From: the human T2T-CHM13v2.0 reference genome, Homo sapiens
Assembly (NCBI RefSeq): GCF_009914755.1
Contig: NC_060934.1
Reading direction: 5' to 3' (one strand)
Length of the DNA stretch: 64,000 nucleotides
Numbering within the stretch: position 1 is the stretch's first letter; the number at the start of each line of letters is the position of its first letter. Position numbers and translations under genes: made by a program. The notes below the pieces were generated by a model, which was given only the letters and a program-made list of their open reading frames with translations, was not told the DNA's origin and did not search any database. Of the stretch, positions 29,676 to 46,439 are shown in pieces.

Positions 29676-30157
29676 AAATGTTTACCTGGTTTCAAAAAAA
29701 GCTAAATGGTAATAGAGTAAACGATTAAAAGTTTATTAACTCCATCTTTATAATCTACTCTTCTAGATTTTTCTTCTGAAGACTTTACAGCATTATCTGG
29801 TCTCCTGGGTCCTTCTCATTTCTCACTCTGGACTTCAAAGCTGCAGGAATTCTTTGGATCTGCAAAAGTGGGCAAGATTTGAGTGGGTTGTTCGGCTGTT
29901 GTAGCTATTCCACTGTCTCCTGCTTAATCCCTTCTAACTGACTAAGTTTATCTTTGTTAACTTCAGACTTCTGGAGCAAGGGGTCACCTCCATCACACTG
30001 GAGTTGATTCTCAGGGAGCTGGTGACAAACTGCCCTGTGGCTGCTGGGGCTGGTGACAGTGCAGCCCTGCACGATGCTTCTGTGCCCACATGAGCACAGT
30101 TTGAAGTTCCTCAGCAGGCAACCCTTGAGCTGTGGCAGCCAGGAGGGTGTTTTAAGG

Positions 30158-30485
30158 CAGCCGTCCCCAAACTATTTGCCACCAGGGACCGGTTGCATAG
30201 AAGACAATTTTTCCAAAGACCAGGGTAGGGGGGTGGTTTGGGGATGAAACTGTTCCACATCAGATCATCAGGCATTAGATTCTCATAAGGAGCACACAAC
30301 CTAGATCCCTTACATGCATAGTTCACAATAGGATCGGCTCCTATGAGAATCCGATGCTGCTGCTGATCTGACAGGAGGTGGAGCTCAGGCAGTAATGCTT
30401 GCTCGCCAGCCACTCACCTCCTGCTGTGCGGCCTGGTTCCTAACAGGCCACAGACCAGTACCAGTCCAGGGGTTGGGGATCCCTG
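30158..30485 (+). mobile_element. MER1B (hAT-Charlie)
   Basis: Termini cagccgtccccaa / ttggggatccctg, with 8-bp TSD TTTTAAGG at 30150-30157 and 30486-30493. Confidence 0.92.
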
Positions 30486-31162
30486 TTTTAAGGTGTATAT
30501 GGGGAGTATTATTGAGTCCAGGTTTCTGCTACCTTGGGATACATTTTTATCTCATATTCCAATTAGAAATGTTTTTCCACATCAAATAAAGCAGAATTAA
30601 CACATTATATTGGCACAGTACACACACCCTCTAAAGAGCATATCGCATCCTAGAGCAAGCAGACAGGGGCAGGGCACCAAGGGCACACACAGGTGGCAGG
30701 CAGTGGGAACATGCAGGCGGACGCTGCAGCAGCTTTGGTGTGAAGACTGCATGGTCTGTGAACAAGGTCACCAAGTGGAGAAGAATAATGATCATCCTGG
30801 CCTCTCAGAACAGCGTGGCACCTGCAGAACGGGAGTGGCCACACCCGGACGCAGGCAGAAGACAAATCCAGAGCACAGCAGAGCAAACAAGCTCATCCTC
30901 AGCCACACCCATCAGAGGGTTTTCACCAACTCCCAATGCTCAGGAAATCAATATCATAATCACCTACATCAGAAGTACAGGTCACATAGGTGCATGAAAT
31001 GCACATGCGTGATATAAATTATTCTTCAATTAATTGCAGTAAACTGCAATTCTTGTTTAATAGCGGTGCTTTCAGTCATTCTTATCAGATCTTTTTTACT
31101 GTCTTTCTAAAGTCCCAGATTGCAGACTTTTGTAGTATTGTTAGAAGGAAACGTGTGGGCTA

Positions 31163-31585
<423 letters not shown>

Positions 31586-32414
31586 TCATACTTCCAAGTA
31601 AAGTCTGAACTTACCCTTTCTATTACAGGAAAAGGCCCATTCTTTCCCCTGCTTTGCCACCTTTTATTCAACCTCTAGCAGTTGCGAGTATCTTTTCCCC
31701 ATGGCATTTTACTCCCATTCCACCTTCTATCCCCCAATCTCTTTTTGAAATAATATTTATTGTTACTAACCTCACCCCATAATCCCCTTTTCATGTTTCT
31801 TTCCTCTGGATTCCGGGAGAGTTTCTCAAACTCATCTTCTCCGTTGATTTACATTTCTGTGGTATCCAGGGCCTCCGTGGGGGCTTGCAGTTTGGCAATC
31901 ACAGTTTTCATCTCCATGCTGTCTTTCCTGCTCACAGAGGTGGACTCCTCGAGACTGCTTGGACCGTTTTCCCAGCAGCAATGACCTCTTGGATTTTACT
32001 GAGAACACAGATTAGGACCTTGTTGCTCGGAGTCTGTTTCACAGGGAGCTATTTGCTCCATTCCTCAGATAGGTGAACTGCGGAGACTTCCGTGTCCACT
32101 GCGTTCTGTCCGAGCTGAGTCTTCAAGAGAGAGATGGATGAGTAGCCTCCATCCACTATTGGAAGTTGAAGCACAGTCTTTCAGAATGATGGGGCCACCT
32201 GTTTGAATTTCTTTTACACAAGTCAAGAGATTGACACCAGCTTCCCTCCCCTGGGTCAGAGGTCTGGCAGCTTCTGCAGAGAGCATGGTGGTGGGAGGGA
32301 AGAGAAGGGAGAAAAGCAACACCATAAGCCCTTGGTAGAGGATTCCCTACATACCGGGGGGCCCTGTTCATGTTTACAGCAGCAAACACTCTTTGTCTGA
32401 TACAGTTGTTCTCC

Positions 32415-32498
32415 AAGCAAGCAGCTCCCCAGTTCCCTGACTATGCCTGGCACAGTGCTGGTGGGATCTCAGGATTTCTCTCCCTCCCTTGCCTCCCC
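32415..32498 (+). repeat. short local duplication, copy 1 (partner 34463-34545)
   Basis: About 83 bp with a handful of mismatches. Confidence 0.9.
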
Positions 32499-32895
32499 CA
32501 GCCACATGCACGCGCCTCCCCAGCCCTGATCGTCGAATGGGGTGGATATTGGTAAGGATCTAAGCCTCTTCCACTTCCCAGATAAGTGACTCCTTTACAT
32601 GTGTGTGTAGTAAGATTGGGGGAATATTATATTCACCAGAATTTAGCCTAGGGAGTGCACTGTATGTGGAAGAAATAATTTGATAAGCTGTTTGGTCGAA
32701 TGGAAGAAACGGCAAAGCCACAATCTTGTTACTAAAGATGGCCGCTTCACCGTAGGCCATGACACAGGGTGAGGAATTTGTTTTGCTCCTGAGAAGTAAC
32801 GGAGTAGGTAAAAGAGAAAGTGAAGTCATAGAGTTGGAGAAACCCATGCCCCGTGCAAGGTCACCAGCCCCATGACCTTCACCTCTTCGGTTCAG

Positions 32896-33100
32896 GCAGA
32901 ATTTGTCAATGTCGACACTACTGATGCTTGGGGTCAGGTGATTCTTTCTTGTCAGAGGGCTGTCCTATGCATTGTGGCATTTCTGGTCTCTACCCACTAG
33001 ATATCAGTAGCCTTCCCCTTCCATTTTGACGTCCAAAAATATCTCCAGACTTTGCCAAATGACCCCTAGGAGGCAAAATTGCCCCAGTGGAGAAGCATGG
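32896..33100 (-). mobile_element. MER20
   Basis: gggctgtcctatgcattgt...ctctacccactagat...tctccagactttgccaaatg...ggcaaaattgcccc. Confidence 0.85.
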
Positions 33101-33453
33101 AGTTACAGCAACTAAACTCATGAAGCGCCTGATATGGGGGAATTCTTTGTGAAAAGCATTGAAGGGCTTGCGTTTCTGGCCAGACTGATATGGGGCCATG
33201 CAGAGGCAGCTGGAGGGACAGAGGGGCCAGAGACAGAAGGGATCATGAGAATATACGCCCCAGGAATTCATAGATATGGTGGGGAGGGCTTTGCTGTTTT
33301 TCAGGCTGTGGTCTCTGGGGGCAGGGAGCTTGTCTGATGTGTGCATTACAGAGTCAGTCCCTTTCTTTAATCTGGGGTCTGTGCTATAGACAATAGACAC
33401 TCCTCCGTGTTCCTCGCACGAGGTGGTCTGTCTGCCCCAGTTTTCAGCTGTAA

Positions 33454-34115
<662 letters not shown>

Positions 34116-34462
34116 TAGGGGTCCAGACCTTCTGTCCATTTCCTATCAGCTTCTGCTCCATTCTCTCACGTGAACATTGGGACTAGTTTGCTCTGCATGG
34201 CGCCCACCTATTTTTTTTTTTTTCAGCAGCATCAGGATTCTTAGAATTTTCCAAAATCACTTCCTTAACTCCTCTTCTGCTAGATTTCTACTCTCCACCA
34301 GATTCCTAAAGCCATTATGGTTTGAAGTGTTGGGAGCATGTGTCCATATTAATTGAAATCGAATCAGCACATACATGTGGAGGGGCTAGAATGGAATGAT
34401 GAGGGCGTAGGTGACTCTATCATCTCTCGAGCAGCTTTTGTGTGCCTGCCAATACTTTAAAT

Positions 34463-34545
34463 AAGCAGCAGTCCCCCAGTTCCCCGACTCTGCCTGGCAC
34501 AGTGCTGGTGGAATCTCAGGGTTTCTCTCCCTCCCTTGCCTCCCC
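34463..34545 (+). repeat. short local duplication, copy 2 (partner 32415-32498)
   Basis: Direct alignment by eye, abuts a 5'-truncated Alu. Confidence 0.9.
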
Positions 34546-34561
34546 TTGCTGGGATTACACT

Positions 34562-34853
<292 letters not shown>

Positions 34854-34864
34854 CTAACAGCATG

Positions 34865-35460
34865 TAAGTGCTTAATAGATAATGAAAGAACCAATGAGGG
34901 AAGATTTGGATTATTTAAAAAGTAATGGGAAAAACTGGTTATTTATAAAAGTATAAAATTACAGCTTCACTTGATATATTAAAACACATTATAGTTTGGG
35001 TGCAGTAGCTCACACCTGAAATCCCAGCCCTTTGGGAGGCCAAGGAGGGAGAAGTGTTTGAGCCTAGGAGTTTGAGACCAGTCTGGGTGACACAGGGAGA
35101 CCTTGTCTCTCCAAAAAACACAAAAAATTAGCCAGCCGTGGTGGCATATCCCTGTGGTCCCAGCTACTTGGGAGGCTAAGGTAAGAGGCTCGTTTGAACC
35201 CAGGGGGTTGGAGGCTGCAGTCAGCCATGATCATGCCACTGCACTCTAGCCTGAGCCACAGAGCAAGACTCTGTCTCAAAAAAAAAAAAAAAAAAATTTA
35301 CAGGAAGATTAGCATAAAAGTAAAACACAAAGCCTTTTAAAAGTGGAAGAAAAGGTTGAAATTGAGCATTTTCTAGGTGTCACATCAATAGAATAAATTA
35401 TTATGAAAAAGAATAAGATTTATGTAGCTAAAGAAACTACATAAAAAGCCAAATAAACAT
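34865..35460 (+). repeat. inverted duplication arm A (interrupted by an AluJ)
   Basis: Reverse complement of 36899-37185. Confidence 0.88.
34994..35296 (+). mobile_element. AluJ
   Basis: ttgagcctaggagttt, gaggctgcagt and catgatcatgcc (J-type). Confidence 0.9.
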
Positions 35461-35480
35461 TTTGAAAATTAAGAAAGTGA

Positions 35481-35797
<317 letters not shown>

Positions 35798-36007
35798 CCA
35801 AGATTCAGAAAGGCTAAGTAACTTGCCTGTAAACACTGTGTTAATGACTCAGCAAGCTGACAGCAAATGCTTTTTTTCTCTCTACACTATTATAAAATGG
35901 CATAAAAGAAGGCACAAGCTACAGTTTTGTGTTTTTTGTCACGATTAGCACATATTTATGGAAGAAGTATACTTTCAAAAAAAAGATTGTTGTTTTCAAA
36001 ATTCTAG

Positions 36008-36473
<466 letters not shown>

Positions 36474-36571
36474 CATTCTTTCTTTATCTCTAAGGTTGAA
36501 CATTCTTCCATGATCACTGGGTGTTTGTGCTTCTCTTCATGACCTTTGTGTGTTTTTGTGTTGCACGGAGA

Positions 36572-36808
36572 GCAGTGGTGAGATCTCGGCTCACTGCAAC
36601 CTCCACCTCCCAGATTCAAGGGATCCTCCCATCTCAGCTTCCCAAGTAGCTGGGACTACAGGGCCATGCCACCACACCCAGCTAATTTCTGTATTTTTTG
36701 TAGAGGTGGGGGTTTTGCCATGTTGCCCAGGCTGCTCTTGAACTCCTGAGCTCAGGCGATCGGCCTCCCAAAGTGCTGGGATTGCAGGCGTCAGTTACCG
36801 TGCCCGGC
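36572..36808 (-). mobile_element. AluJ, partial
   Basis: gatcctccc and gccatgttgcccaggct. Confidence 0.85.
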
Positions 36809-36898
36809 CGTATTGCACTGTTTTCTTATTATTTTGAAAGGTTTTCTTGTAAAATAAAGGTATTGACCCTTTATCATAGTGTTAAAATATTTTTGCCA

Positions 36899-37185
36899 GT
36901 TTGTCGTTTGCCTTTTTATTGTTTAGTGTTTCTTTGGCTACATAAATCTTATTCTTTTTCATAATAATTTATTCTATTGATGTGGCACCTAGAAAGGGCT
37001 CAATTTCATATTTTCTTCTGCTTTTAAAAGACTGTTTTATGTTATGCTAGTCCACATGTAATGATTTTTAATATATCAGGTGAGGTCGTAAGTTTAATCT
37101 TTTGCAAATAACCAATTTTCCCATTACTTTTTGAATAAGTCAAATCTTCCCTCATTGGTCCCTTTTTTTATCTATTAAGCACTTA
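36899..37185 (-). repeat. inverted duplication arm B (probably old L1M-derived sequence)
   Basis: Reverse complement of 34865-35460 minus the AluJ. Confidence 0.88.
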
Positions 37186-38789
37186 AATATTCTTGGGTGT
37201 CTCCGAAGTTAACTATTCTATTCTATCCATTTATCAGTGCTTATGCCCACAGCATAGAGTTTTAAAGTAGCTTTCAAATCTCCTTTAATACTGAGTTGGG
37301 TTAATTACGTGCAGTTCTCCAAGCCTGTCTCTAGCCCTTTTAACCTGCTTTGTCTTTGTCCAGAACGTCCTGCCCTCCCCACCCCACCTTGTCACCTGGG
37401 TAACCCCAGCCACTGATTTTAATTGACCAGTTGTTCATCCTCAGGCCTCCCTTCCCCTCCTTTACCTCCTCGAAATTTTGAGCCTCTCAGGACCACAAGC
37501 AGCATCTCATTCTTATCCTCTGCCCAGCAGCCCGACATCCACAAAAGGTGTTGAATAAAAGCAGAGGTCAAAATGGAGCCAGATGGAGGTGGGTGTGGGA
37601 GGTAAGCTTCAGCGTTGATCTTTAAGTCAGAAGCTTGACTTCAGGAAGGTTAGCCAGGCCTTCCAGAACTCAGAGTCACATAGGCCTCGTCCTGACTTCC
37701 ACAGTCTCTTCAAAGACTTCCATCAAATCTCCACCTCACTCTAACCTTCTGCAGAACAATGGTGACAACCCCCGTTAATGGGATATTAGGAGATGATTTC
37801 TATTGAAGATCCAAGTCAAAGATGTATGGAACTGAATTTTAATTTTGACAGCACAGCATGTGAATAAACATCATGGTGCTTTATTGCTCTAAGTCTGCTG
37901 CAAAATTCATTGCTTCTTTACAAGTCAGAAGCCCCATAAACAACTTCTGTAATGTTCCAGTAACTACTTTGACTGTCATTTCTGATATTCTGAATGATTC
38001 ATAGAAACTTTCTGCTGATTCCAACGGCAAAAGTACTTTCTGTCTAAAGCATTAAGTCTGAAGATCCATAACTCTCAGGGTCATCAAAAGCAGTTGGAAA
38101 AATAGCTGAAACTGGCAACAACAAGACTCTGGAGGCAGCATCCCTTTACTTAAGGATCATGAACACTGACGTAGGGGTTGTTGCATGCTTGTCTCCATAG
38201 CTATCCTTGAATAGCTTCCAATTTCAAAGGTGTGGGAAAGGTCTTGCTCTTGAAATCGAGTGACTGTCTCATTGGATTTGAAATAGAAAGGGACCATATT
38301 TCTTTAATTATGCTCCACACCAAAGATGCTTAATTTGTCCTGAGTAAACAATCAACACCCCTTCTAAATGTGCACTCACATCCTGCATTAGAAAATAATT
38401 GGTAAGATGGTCCCTCGTGTGTATAGGAGTGTTAAGTTTTCAAACCCTATACCAAGGTTTTATAAACAAACTCTCCGTGGTCTGTCCCCATATCCAGGCG
38501 GAGCAGGGCACTGCCTGAGTGGTAGGTTGGAGAACGCTGCTTACGTTTGTCGCCGAAGCCCACACGCCCACACCCAACTGTCACAAAGCCTGAAATTCCT
38601 ACCATTAGAGTTACTACTTTTGGTTGATGGCTTCAAGAAAACCCTTGCTCAAAGACAAATATAACAGGCAAGAATTCTTCCATGACACTCAGTTGCAAAT
38701 AGCATCGCACTTCTTTATTTTTCTATTGCAAATTAAAAGGTGTTAGGGTGGCTTATAAAGAATAGAATAGAGAAAGGGGAAAGAATTCT

Positions 38790-39325
38790 TTCAGTGGTGA
38801 CCCCAGCAGACATCACCCTAATGAAGTGATGAGGGCTGGCACACTGGTGATGCCATGTGGGTACGGTATACTTTCCATGTGATGGGATAAGAAGGGCACT
38901 TCCCCAAATCCCACCACTAATCATAAGAAAAATCTAATCGTAAGAAAAATCTCCACAAACCCAGTTTGGGAGACATTCCACAGGCTAGCTGGACAGTACT
39001 ATTCAAGGTGTCAAGGTCACAAAAAACTAGGCAAGCCTGAGAAACTGTCATAGGCCAGAGAAGACTGGGGACATATGCCGACTAGATGCTTTAAGGTACA
39101 CAGAAGTGGCTCCTGGAACAGAAGGAGGGCACTAATGAAAACACTGGTGACATTCGAACAGAGTTTGGAAGTTAGTTAGTAATAAAAGGTACTAATGACA
39201 TCTCTGAGTTTTGACAAATGTACCATGGAAATGTAACAATGGTAAAAGCTGGGTGAAGGACGTAAACTTTCTGTATGATCTTTGCAACATTTCCACAAAT
39301 CTGAAATCATTCCAAAACAAGTGTC
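38790..39325 (+). mobile_element. L1MC-type 3' region
   Basis: gtcaaggtcacaaaaaac...ctgagaaactgtca...ttttgacaaatgtaccatgg...ctttgcaac...aaatctgaaatcattccaaaa. Confidence 0.8.
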
Positions 39326-39611
39326 TTTTGAAGAGTTAGGAAGAAATCCAATATCCTTTTTACTCTCTGGTGCTGCCACCCCTACTCTTGGGCTGTACGG
39401 GACCTCTGGGAACATAGAGGGGCCCTAAACAATTCTCTAAGTCTAGGGTCGTACTCAGCTGGTTTGCCTTGCATCACCTTATGTGCTTGTGGGCATAGCC
39501 CACTGCCCACCGCTGTCTTTCCAGTGCTGTGGTTCTGTCTGAGTCAAGCCTCACTAGCTCAGCAAGCCCAGGTCAGGTCCATCCTGGTGCCAACAGGCAG
39601 TTTATGCCAAG

Positions 39612-39966
39612 CAATATTGTTTGGCTGTGTCCCCACCCAAATCTCTCCTTGAATTATAATAATCCCCACGTGTCAAGGATGGGGCCAGGTGGAGATAATT
39701 GAATCACGGGGGCAGTTTCCCCCATACTGTTCTCGTGATAGTGAATAAGTCTCATGAGATGTGATGGTTTTATAAATGGGAGTTTCCCTGCACAAGCTCT
39801 CTTGCCTGCTGCCATGTAAGATGTGCCTTTGCTTCTCTTTGCCTTCTGCCATGATTGTGAGGCCTCCCCAGCCATGTGGAACTGTGACTCCATTAAACCT
39901 TTTTCCTTTATAAATTACCCAGTCTCGGGTATGTCTTTATCAGCAATGTGAGAACGGACTAATATA
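39612..39966 (+). mobile_element. THE1B-like solo LTR
   Basis: tttggctgtgtccccacccaaatctc ... ggactaatata, with 5-bp TSD CCAAG at 39607-39611 and 39967-39971. Confidence 0.93.
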
Positions 39967-41009
39967 CCAAGTTTGCCAGCCCCTGCATTCTAGGTTCGGT
40001 ACTGGGAGACACTTGCCTTGGCTATCAGGGCCCTGCATGACAGATCAGTACCCTGTCCTTCACTGGCCTCCAGGCAGGCAGCCATTATCCAAGTTGTCAC
40101 CTTCCTTGAGGTAGTGCCTGCCCGTGGGAGTGCCCTGCACTGTTCCAGAGTCTCCTCTCCTGCCCTCCCACCAGCCTTGGGGCTCTGCTCCCTTTGTCCT
40201 CCTCTTCACCCCACAGAGCCCTGTCGTTCCAGTGGGTTGTGTACTGTCTCACACAGGAACTCCGACTGTTGAAAACAAAGATATCTAATGCTCCTTGGAG
40301 ATAAAAGAAGTTCAGACATCCAGGACACGGAACCTGGCTCCTCATTTGGGATAAGAAGGGAAAAAAGCTACCTCTTTTTCTTTGTCGTAGAGCTTACAAC
40401 TTGAGAAAAGTAGGAACGGTTAATTCTCAAGCTGGTAATTCCACCACCTCAAATGTTCTGTATATGGCCTTGCCCCACCCGCACATGAGGAGTGACATCA
40501 CATGGTGATGGGAAGCATCAGCACCGGGCCCTGTACTATCCCCCACCCCGAAGAGGGAGATGGGGAAGGATCTTGCCATACACAGTCAGCCAGGAGCCCT
40601 GGCCAGGTCCACCAATGGGAGTAGCCAATAGAAAATAGTGTGGGCCTGAAACTGTCTTGGGGGATTCCAAGGTAACCACTCTGCATAAAAATGAGGCTCA
40701 CAGACCATGTCAGAAAAGAACCTTGCAATGAATATAAGACTCTTCTTTCCTGATATGAGTTCAGAATATACTGTCTCCCAAGGCTTGACATCTGTCCTTT
40801 GGAGACATGTGTGAGCTTGCTCTAAATGGTTAAGTAAAGAATCAGGAGTGCCTTCCAAGTCCACGGCAGGATTGGGAACAAGGAGACCCTGCCTGGGGAA
40901 CTTGATCACCACAGGGTCTGGACCACCTCTCTCAACATCACTGACCATGAAGCCCCAGGGGCCACTGCGGATAAAATGACTCCAACCTGGGCAAAAGCCA
41001 CTGGGGTAC

Positions 41010-41012
<3 letters not shown>

Positions 41013-41050
<38 letters not shown>
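41013..41050. repeat. (GT)n microsatellite
   Basis: About 19 GT units. Confidence 0.97.
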
Positions 41051-41052
<2 letters not shown>

Positions 41053-41099
41053 CTAGAGTGTGAGCCCCCTTCCTTTGGGTAAGGGTAACCAAAATGGGC

Positions 41100-41475
41100 A
41101 GGGAGCGGGATTCGAGTAGAGATCTTTAGAGGAGGAACATGAGAAGGGGGCACCAAATGAGAACCAGGGGAGCCCAGTTAGGACTTGTGGGCGCACTGGC
41201 AGGATGGTGGCCACTACAGCCAGTTTACAGGAGACCCAGCAGCTTGTGCAATGTCAGGGTGCTCTCAGGGCAAGCTGCAGCATCTCTGCCCAGAGCAAAG
41301 ACAGGAGGGTATCCATCCACCGGACCACCGCTAGAACTGATTTGCGGAATGGTCGCGGGATACACAGCCTCCCAGCTTCACTCTGCAGCCTCCTGGGATT
41401 CTGAGTCACCTAATACACTTTAATAAATTCCTTTTTTGCCTCACAGGGCCAGACTTGGTCTCTGTTATTTGCCAT
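41100..41475 (+). mobile_element. possible old ERVL-type LTR 3' part
   Basis: aataaattccttttttgcct...gccagacttggtctctgttatttgc resembles ERVL/MaLR LTR ends. Confidence 0.4.
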
Positions 41476-43305
41476 CAAGAACCTCAATTGACACGTTAAT
41501 TCCGTTTATCCCAAATTTATATAGATAAGTGTCACATGGAAACAATTCCCTTGTGCCTGGAAACAGTAAATTAAATGGATGGAATGGAACCAACCAGGCT
41601 GCTGTATAGCAAAAGAGAATAAAAATGTGTCTTTGTTTCCTCCCTCCATAATGCATATTAAATAACACATCTTACATTACATCTAAGCCTCAGAAACTTA
41701 AAAACCACTAGTAAGCACACGAGGGCTTGTGAGTTAATTATAACAGCCTTTGCTAAGTTCGGCTTGTGGTTTTCCTCTTATAATGAAATGTCAAGAATGG
41801 GGGAGGTAAGCTCAGTCGTGTGTTGCCGCTGATGTTTTTAACCAAAGGATCTGAGGCTGTTTGATATTTTTGGCTTCATAATTCCCATTTCCAGTCCTGA
41901 TTTGGAAATAAAGATTGAAGTCCAAAGAAAAAGAAAGAGTGTTTCCAAGATACAGAATAGTCTGGCGTTCCGAGGTAAAACCTTAAATGCCTGAGGTCCA
42001 TCTTCCCATTCTTTTGAGATTGCTTTTTTCATGTAGCAAGCTGTACTTTCCTGTTGCTCTTTTTGCCCCTTCCTGCCTTAGGACTGTAGGCTGGTGTCTA
42101 CCTCAATGTATTGCAGTATTCATTTTGTAGCTGCTGACTTATTTCTTCTTGGGATTCCTCTTGAAGAATAAGACTTCAAACTCAGGACTTGGCACCAAAA
42201 AGAAATGAAGGTGTCACCATGTTGCTGTTGGATGCCCATGGGGGTACAGAGCTGTGTTTCTCATCTTCTTTCACCCCTATCACATGAAGTAGAGCCCAAC
42301 AGAAAAGGGGTTCCCATAGCTGAGGTAGGCGGGGTGGGCATTATGCTTCTTATTCAGCTTTGAAATTTCAAAAGCCAAGAGACAGAGGTCAGTGGTGCAC
42401 GATGGTATTATTTTGCCCTCTGTGAACTAAGCACACGCTTTCAGTATGGGTTGGAAATTCCTAACACTAAAAACTACCAATGCTGCTTTCTCTAGCCAAG
42501 GTGCAAGCTCTTCTGGACTCTGTGCATGTGTGTGTGTGTATGTGTGTGTGCATGTGTTGGGGGGAGAGTTGTGTAGAGGTGTGTGTAACTGGCCCTTGTC
42601 TTTCATAGAACCCAGGCTTATCTCACTGTGTCAGATACCCAGTCCCTAAGAATGACAGGAAGTGAATTTCGTCCCAGCCTGAGTTTGACCCATGTGGCTC
42701 CACTTCCAGACCCAGGATGACATCCAAGTTCTTCCGAACTTCCGGATCCTGAGAAGCCATTTATAACTGAGGAAGAGAAAGCCAGAGGGAAGTTGTTGAC
42801 TGCAAGAGAGATTTTCAGTGAAGCTCCCTGAAAGCTGTAGAGAAGGCAAACCAGGAGTCCACTCTCTGCTCAATTTCCTGTTGAGTTCACCCAGCCTCCT
42901 TGCCATCTGGCCTCAGCAATAGGTGAGGGCCCTCACAGGGCCCAGCACGGAGTAGGCGTGCAGTCGATGATGGTGATGGATAAATAAATGAATGTTTTAT
43001 TTGCAATATCACTCTAGGCTCAAATTCCCAACAAGGCATGACATTTAGTAGCCTCTTTGCAAATGTATCTTTTCACAAGGAACTTGGCCTCCAAATCTTG
43101 GGTGTGTACAGAGAATACAACTTTTCACCAGACCTATAGGCACATCGTCCGAAGCGGTCTGTCCCACCTCTATGGGATGACCACTTTCCTTTGTCTAGCA
43201 CCTGACACCCTCCAAAGTCCTTTTTCTTACTTTACCTCATTTGAGTCTCAAAACAAGAAAGGAGGGCAAATTTTATCCGTTTTACCAGTGAGGAAACTGG
43301 CGCTC

Positions 43306-43696
43306 TGTTATGGGCTGAATTCTGTCTTCCTAAAATTCATATGCTGAAACCCTAACCACCCCCCCGAACCCCACAATGTGACTATATTTGGAGAAGGGGC
43401 CTTTAAATAAGTAATTAAGTTGAAATGGGGTCATGAGGGTGGGCTCTCATCCAATCTGACTGGTGTCCTTATAAGAAGAGAAGATTAGGACACAGACAAA
43501 CACAGAGGGAAGACCATATGAACACAGCAAGAAAGTGGCCATCTGCAAGCCAAGGAGAAAGGCCTCGGGAGAAAGCAAACCTGCTGACACCTTGATGTCC
43601 GATGTCTGGCCTCCAGCACTGTAAGAAAATACTTTCTGTTGTTTAAACCACTCGGTCTGTGATCTTTTGTTATGGCAGTCCTAGCAAACTAATACA
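43306..43696 (+). mobile_element. MLT1B-like solo LTR nested in a MIR
   Basis: tgttatgggctgaat ... ctagcaaactaataca. Flanks cgctc/ggctc. The MIR (gaggaaactg|gctcaaagaggttaagtaac) continues on both sides. Confidence 0.88.
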
Positions 43697-43725
43697 GGCT
43701 CAAAGAGGTTAAGTAACTCACCTGA

Positions 43726-44175
<450 letters not shown>

Positions 44176-44493
44176 TGACTGACTGACTTCTACACCGTTT
44201 AATTGCCTGAGGGTTATACACACAGGCACGAATTATAATGTTCCTTTAATTTCAGGCAACATTGATTCAATTAATATTTACAACAAACTGTTTCTTCGAT
44301 CCTAGGCAGCACTGGGAAATAATACATGGTCCCCAGTCCCCACTCCTTATGACCCTCACCCCACCTCCAGGGAAAGCTGAAACAGCCCTCCTTATCTCTC
44401 GTGATTTGTTCAATAATCACATGCCCTATTTGAGCAACAGGCAGAGAATGACAAAGATTCTGACACAAATTAGACTTCTTCAGATAGATCTGA

Positions 44494-44919
<426 letters not shown>

Positions 44920-45369
44920 AGGAGGCCTACTTTTTAATTCTACTGTTTCTCCTTTCCCTGCTTCCCAGGGACCCTTCCAGAGACTGAGTTGGAGCAGGTG
45001 GTTTTGCTTTGCGTTCTGACCAGGAAGTGAAACCTGGGTGTGAGCAATGTTTTGCATTATGGGGCCATTTCACCTTTTCCTCCCTGCCTCGGGAAGGAAG
45101 GCTTGCAGTGTCCAAACTGGGTCTGACCTCTCAGGGGACATTTCTCAAAGCAGTGGGAACAAGAGTCCCTCAGTGCTGGATGGCTGGGGAATGGGTGGCC
45201 GAGGAGTGAAGCTCTATTCTGGGCAGAGCACTCCCCCTTGCTGAAAGGGCTGGAAAACGCTTTTGTCCCTGCTGGAAGTGGAGTAGCGTGGGATACAGGG
45301 CAGGGGGTCGCTGCTGAGTTTATCAGGGGAGCAGAGATTAGGCACTACTTGGTTAAAATACTAACTGCT

Positions 45370-45656
45370 GGGCTGGGTGCAGTGGTTCACGCCTGTAATC
45401 CCAGCACTTTGGGAGGCCGAGGTGGGCGGATCACCTGAGGTCAGGAGTTCAAGACCAGCCCAGCCAACATGACGAAACCCTGCCTCTACTAAAAATACAA
45501 AAATTAGCCAGACATGGTGGCATAGGTGTGTAATCCCAGCTACTTGGGAGGCTGAGGCAGGAGAATTGCTTGAACCCAGGAGGCAGAGATTGTTGAGTTA
45601 AGATCACGCCCCTGATCTTGCCTGGGCGACAGAGCAAGACTGTCTAAAGAAAAAAG
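45370..45656 (+). mobile_element. AluS
   Basis: Dimer, flanks aata(c/g)taactgctg. Confidence 0.93.
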
Positions 45657-45700
45657 TAATAGTAACTGCTGAAAGTGACAGAGACGTAATCCATATGTGC

Positions 45701-45719
45701 AACCGCCAGATGGCCACAT
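45701..45719 (+). promoter_or_regulatory. candidate CTCF motif (forward)
   Basis: CCGCCAGATGGCCA against the core CCRSYAGRKGGCR. Confidence 0.45.
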
Positions 45720-46439
45720 TCTGTGTTCTGAGCCAGGTTCCGCCGAACGACCGCCCTAGATGATGATTTCGCACCCTGCCCAGCTCCAAGACCAAAACCT
45801 CAGTGTTTTGAGAATTCAATTTCCTACTCATTGATTTAGATAACATACATGAACTTGAATTCATTAGAAATATGCCTTTGTGTCTTCATGATCACCATCT
45901 TTGTGGTTTTCAAGATGATTGTTAGATCCTTATCAAAATATAAACAATTGGCAATGGTTCCAATTGTGTCAACAAAAGCCAACTTCAAACCTGTAATCCT
46001 CATGCTGAGTGGAGAGGCTGGTGCCCCACCCGGGCTGTGACATGGTGGCTTGGGAGATGTGTGACTCAGATATGTCAGACCATGAGTGAGGCACCCAACC
46101 TTCCCTCCCAGTGACCTTTGAAGTAAGGCGAATTGAAGTCCGCTGGTCTCCAGACAGGCACGGTAACGTGCACGCATCGGATGTGGTTCCCGGGGAATGG
46201 TGGGTGATTGTCCATCTTCCTAACAGTCCTCAAATGAGGACTCAGTTCCAGCTCTTAACGCAGCACAACAGAGTTCTTAATAGTAAAAGTCGTACTTTTC
46301 ACTCACCGTGAAAAGCAAGTCTGCACATTGCTAGATATGTCCCAGTATTATTATCCAAGCTCCAGAAACGTACTCAGCCACAAAAGTAAAAATTCTCCTA
46401 CTCCACGTGGAAGTGGCTCCGTGAGAAAAATTCCCTATC

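Noticed and set aside
31032-31051. 9-bp-arm hairpin aattgcagt-aa-actgcaatt
   Set aside because: Expected at about chance frequency in AT-rich DNA.
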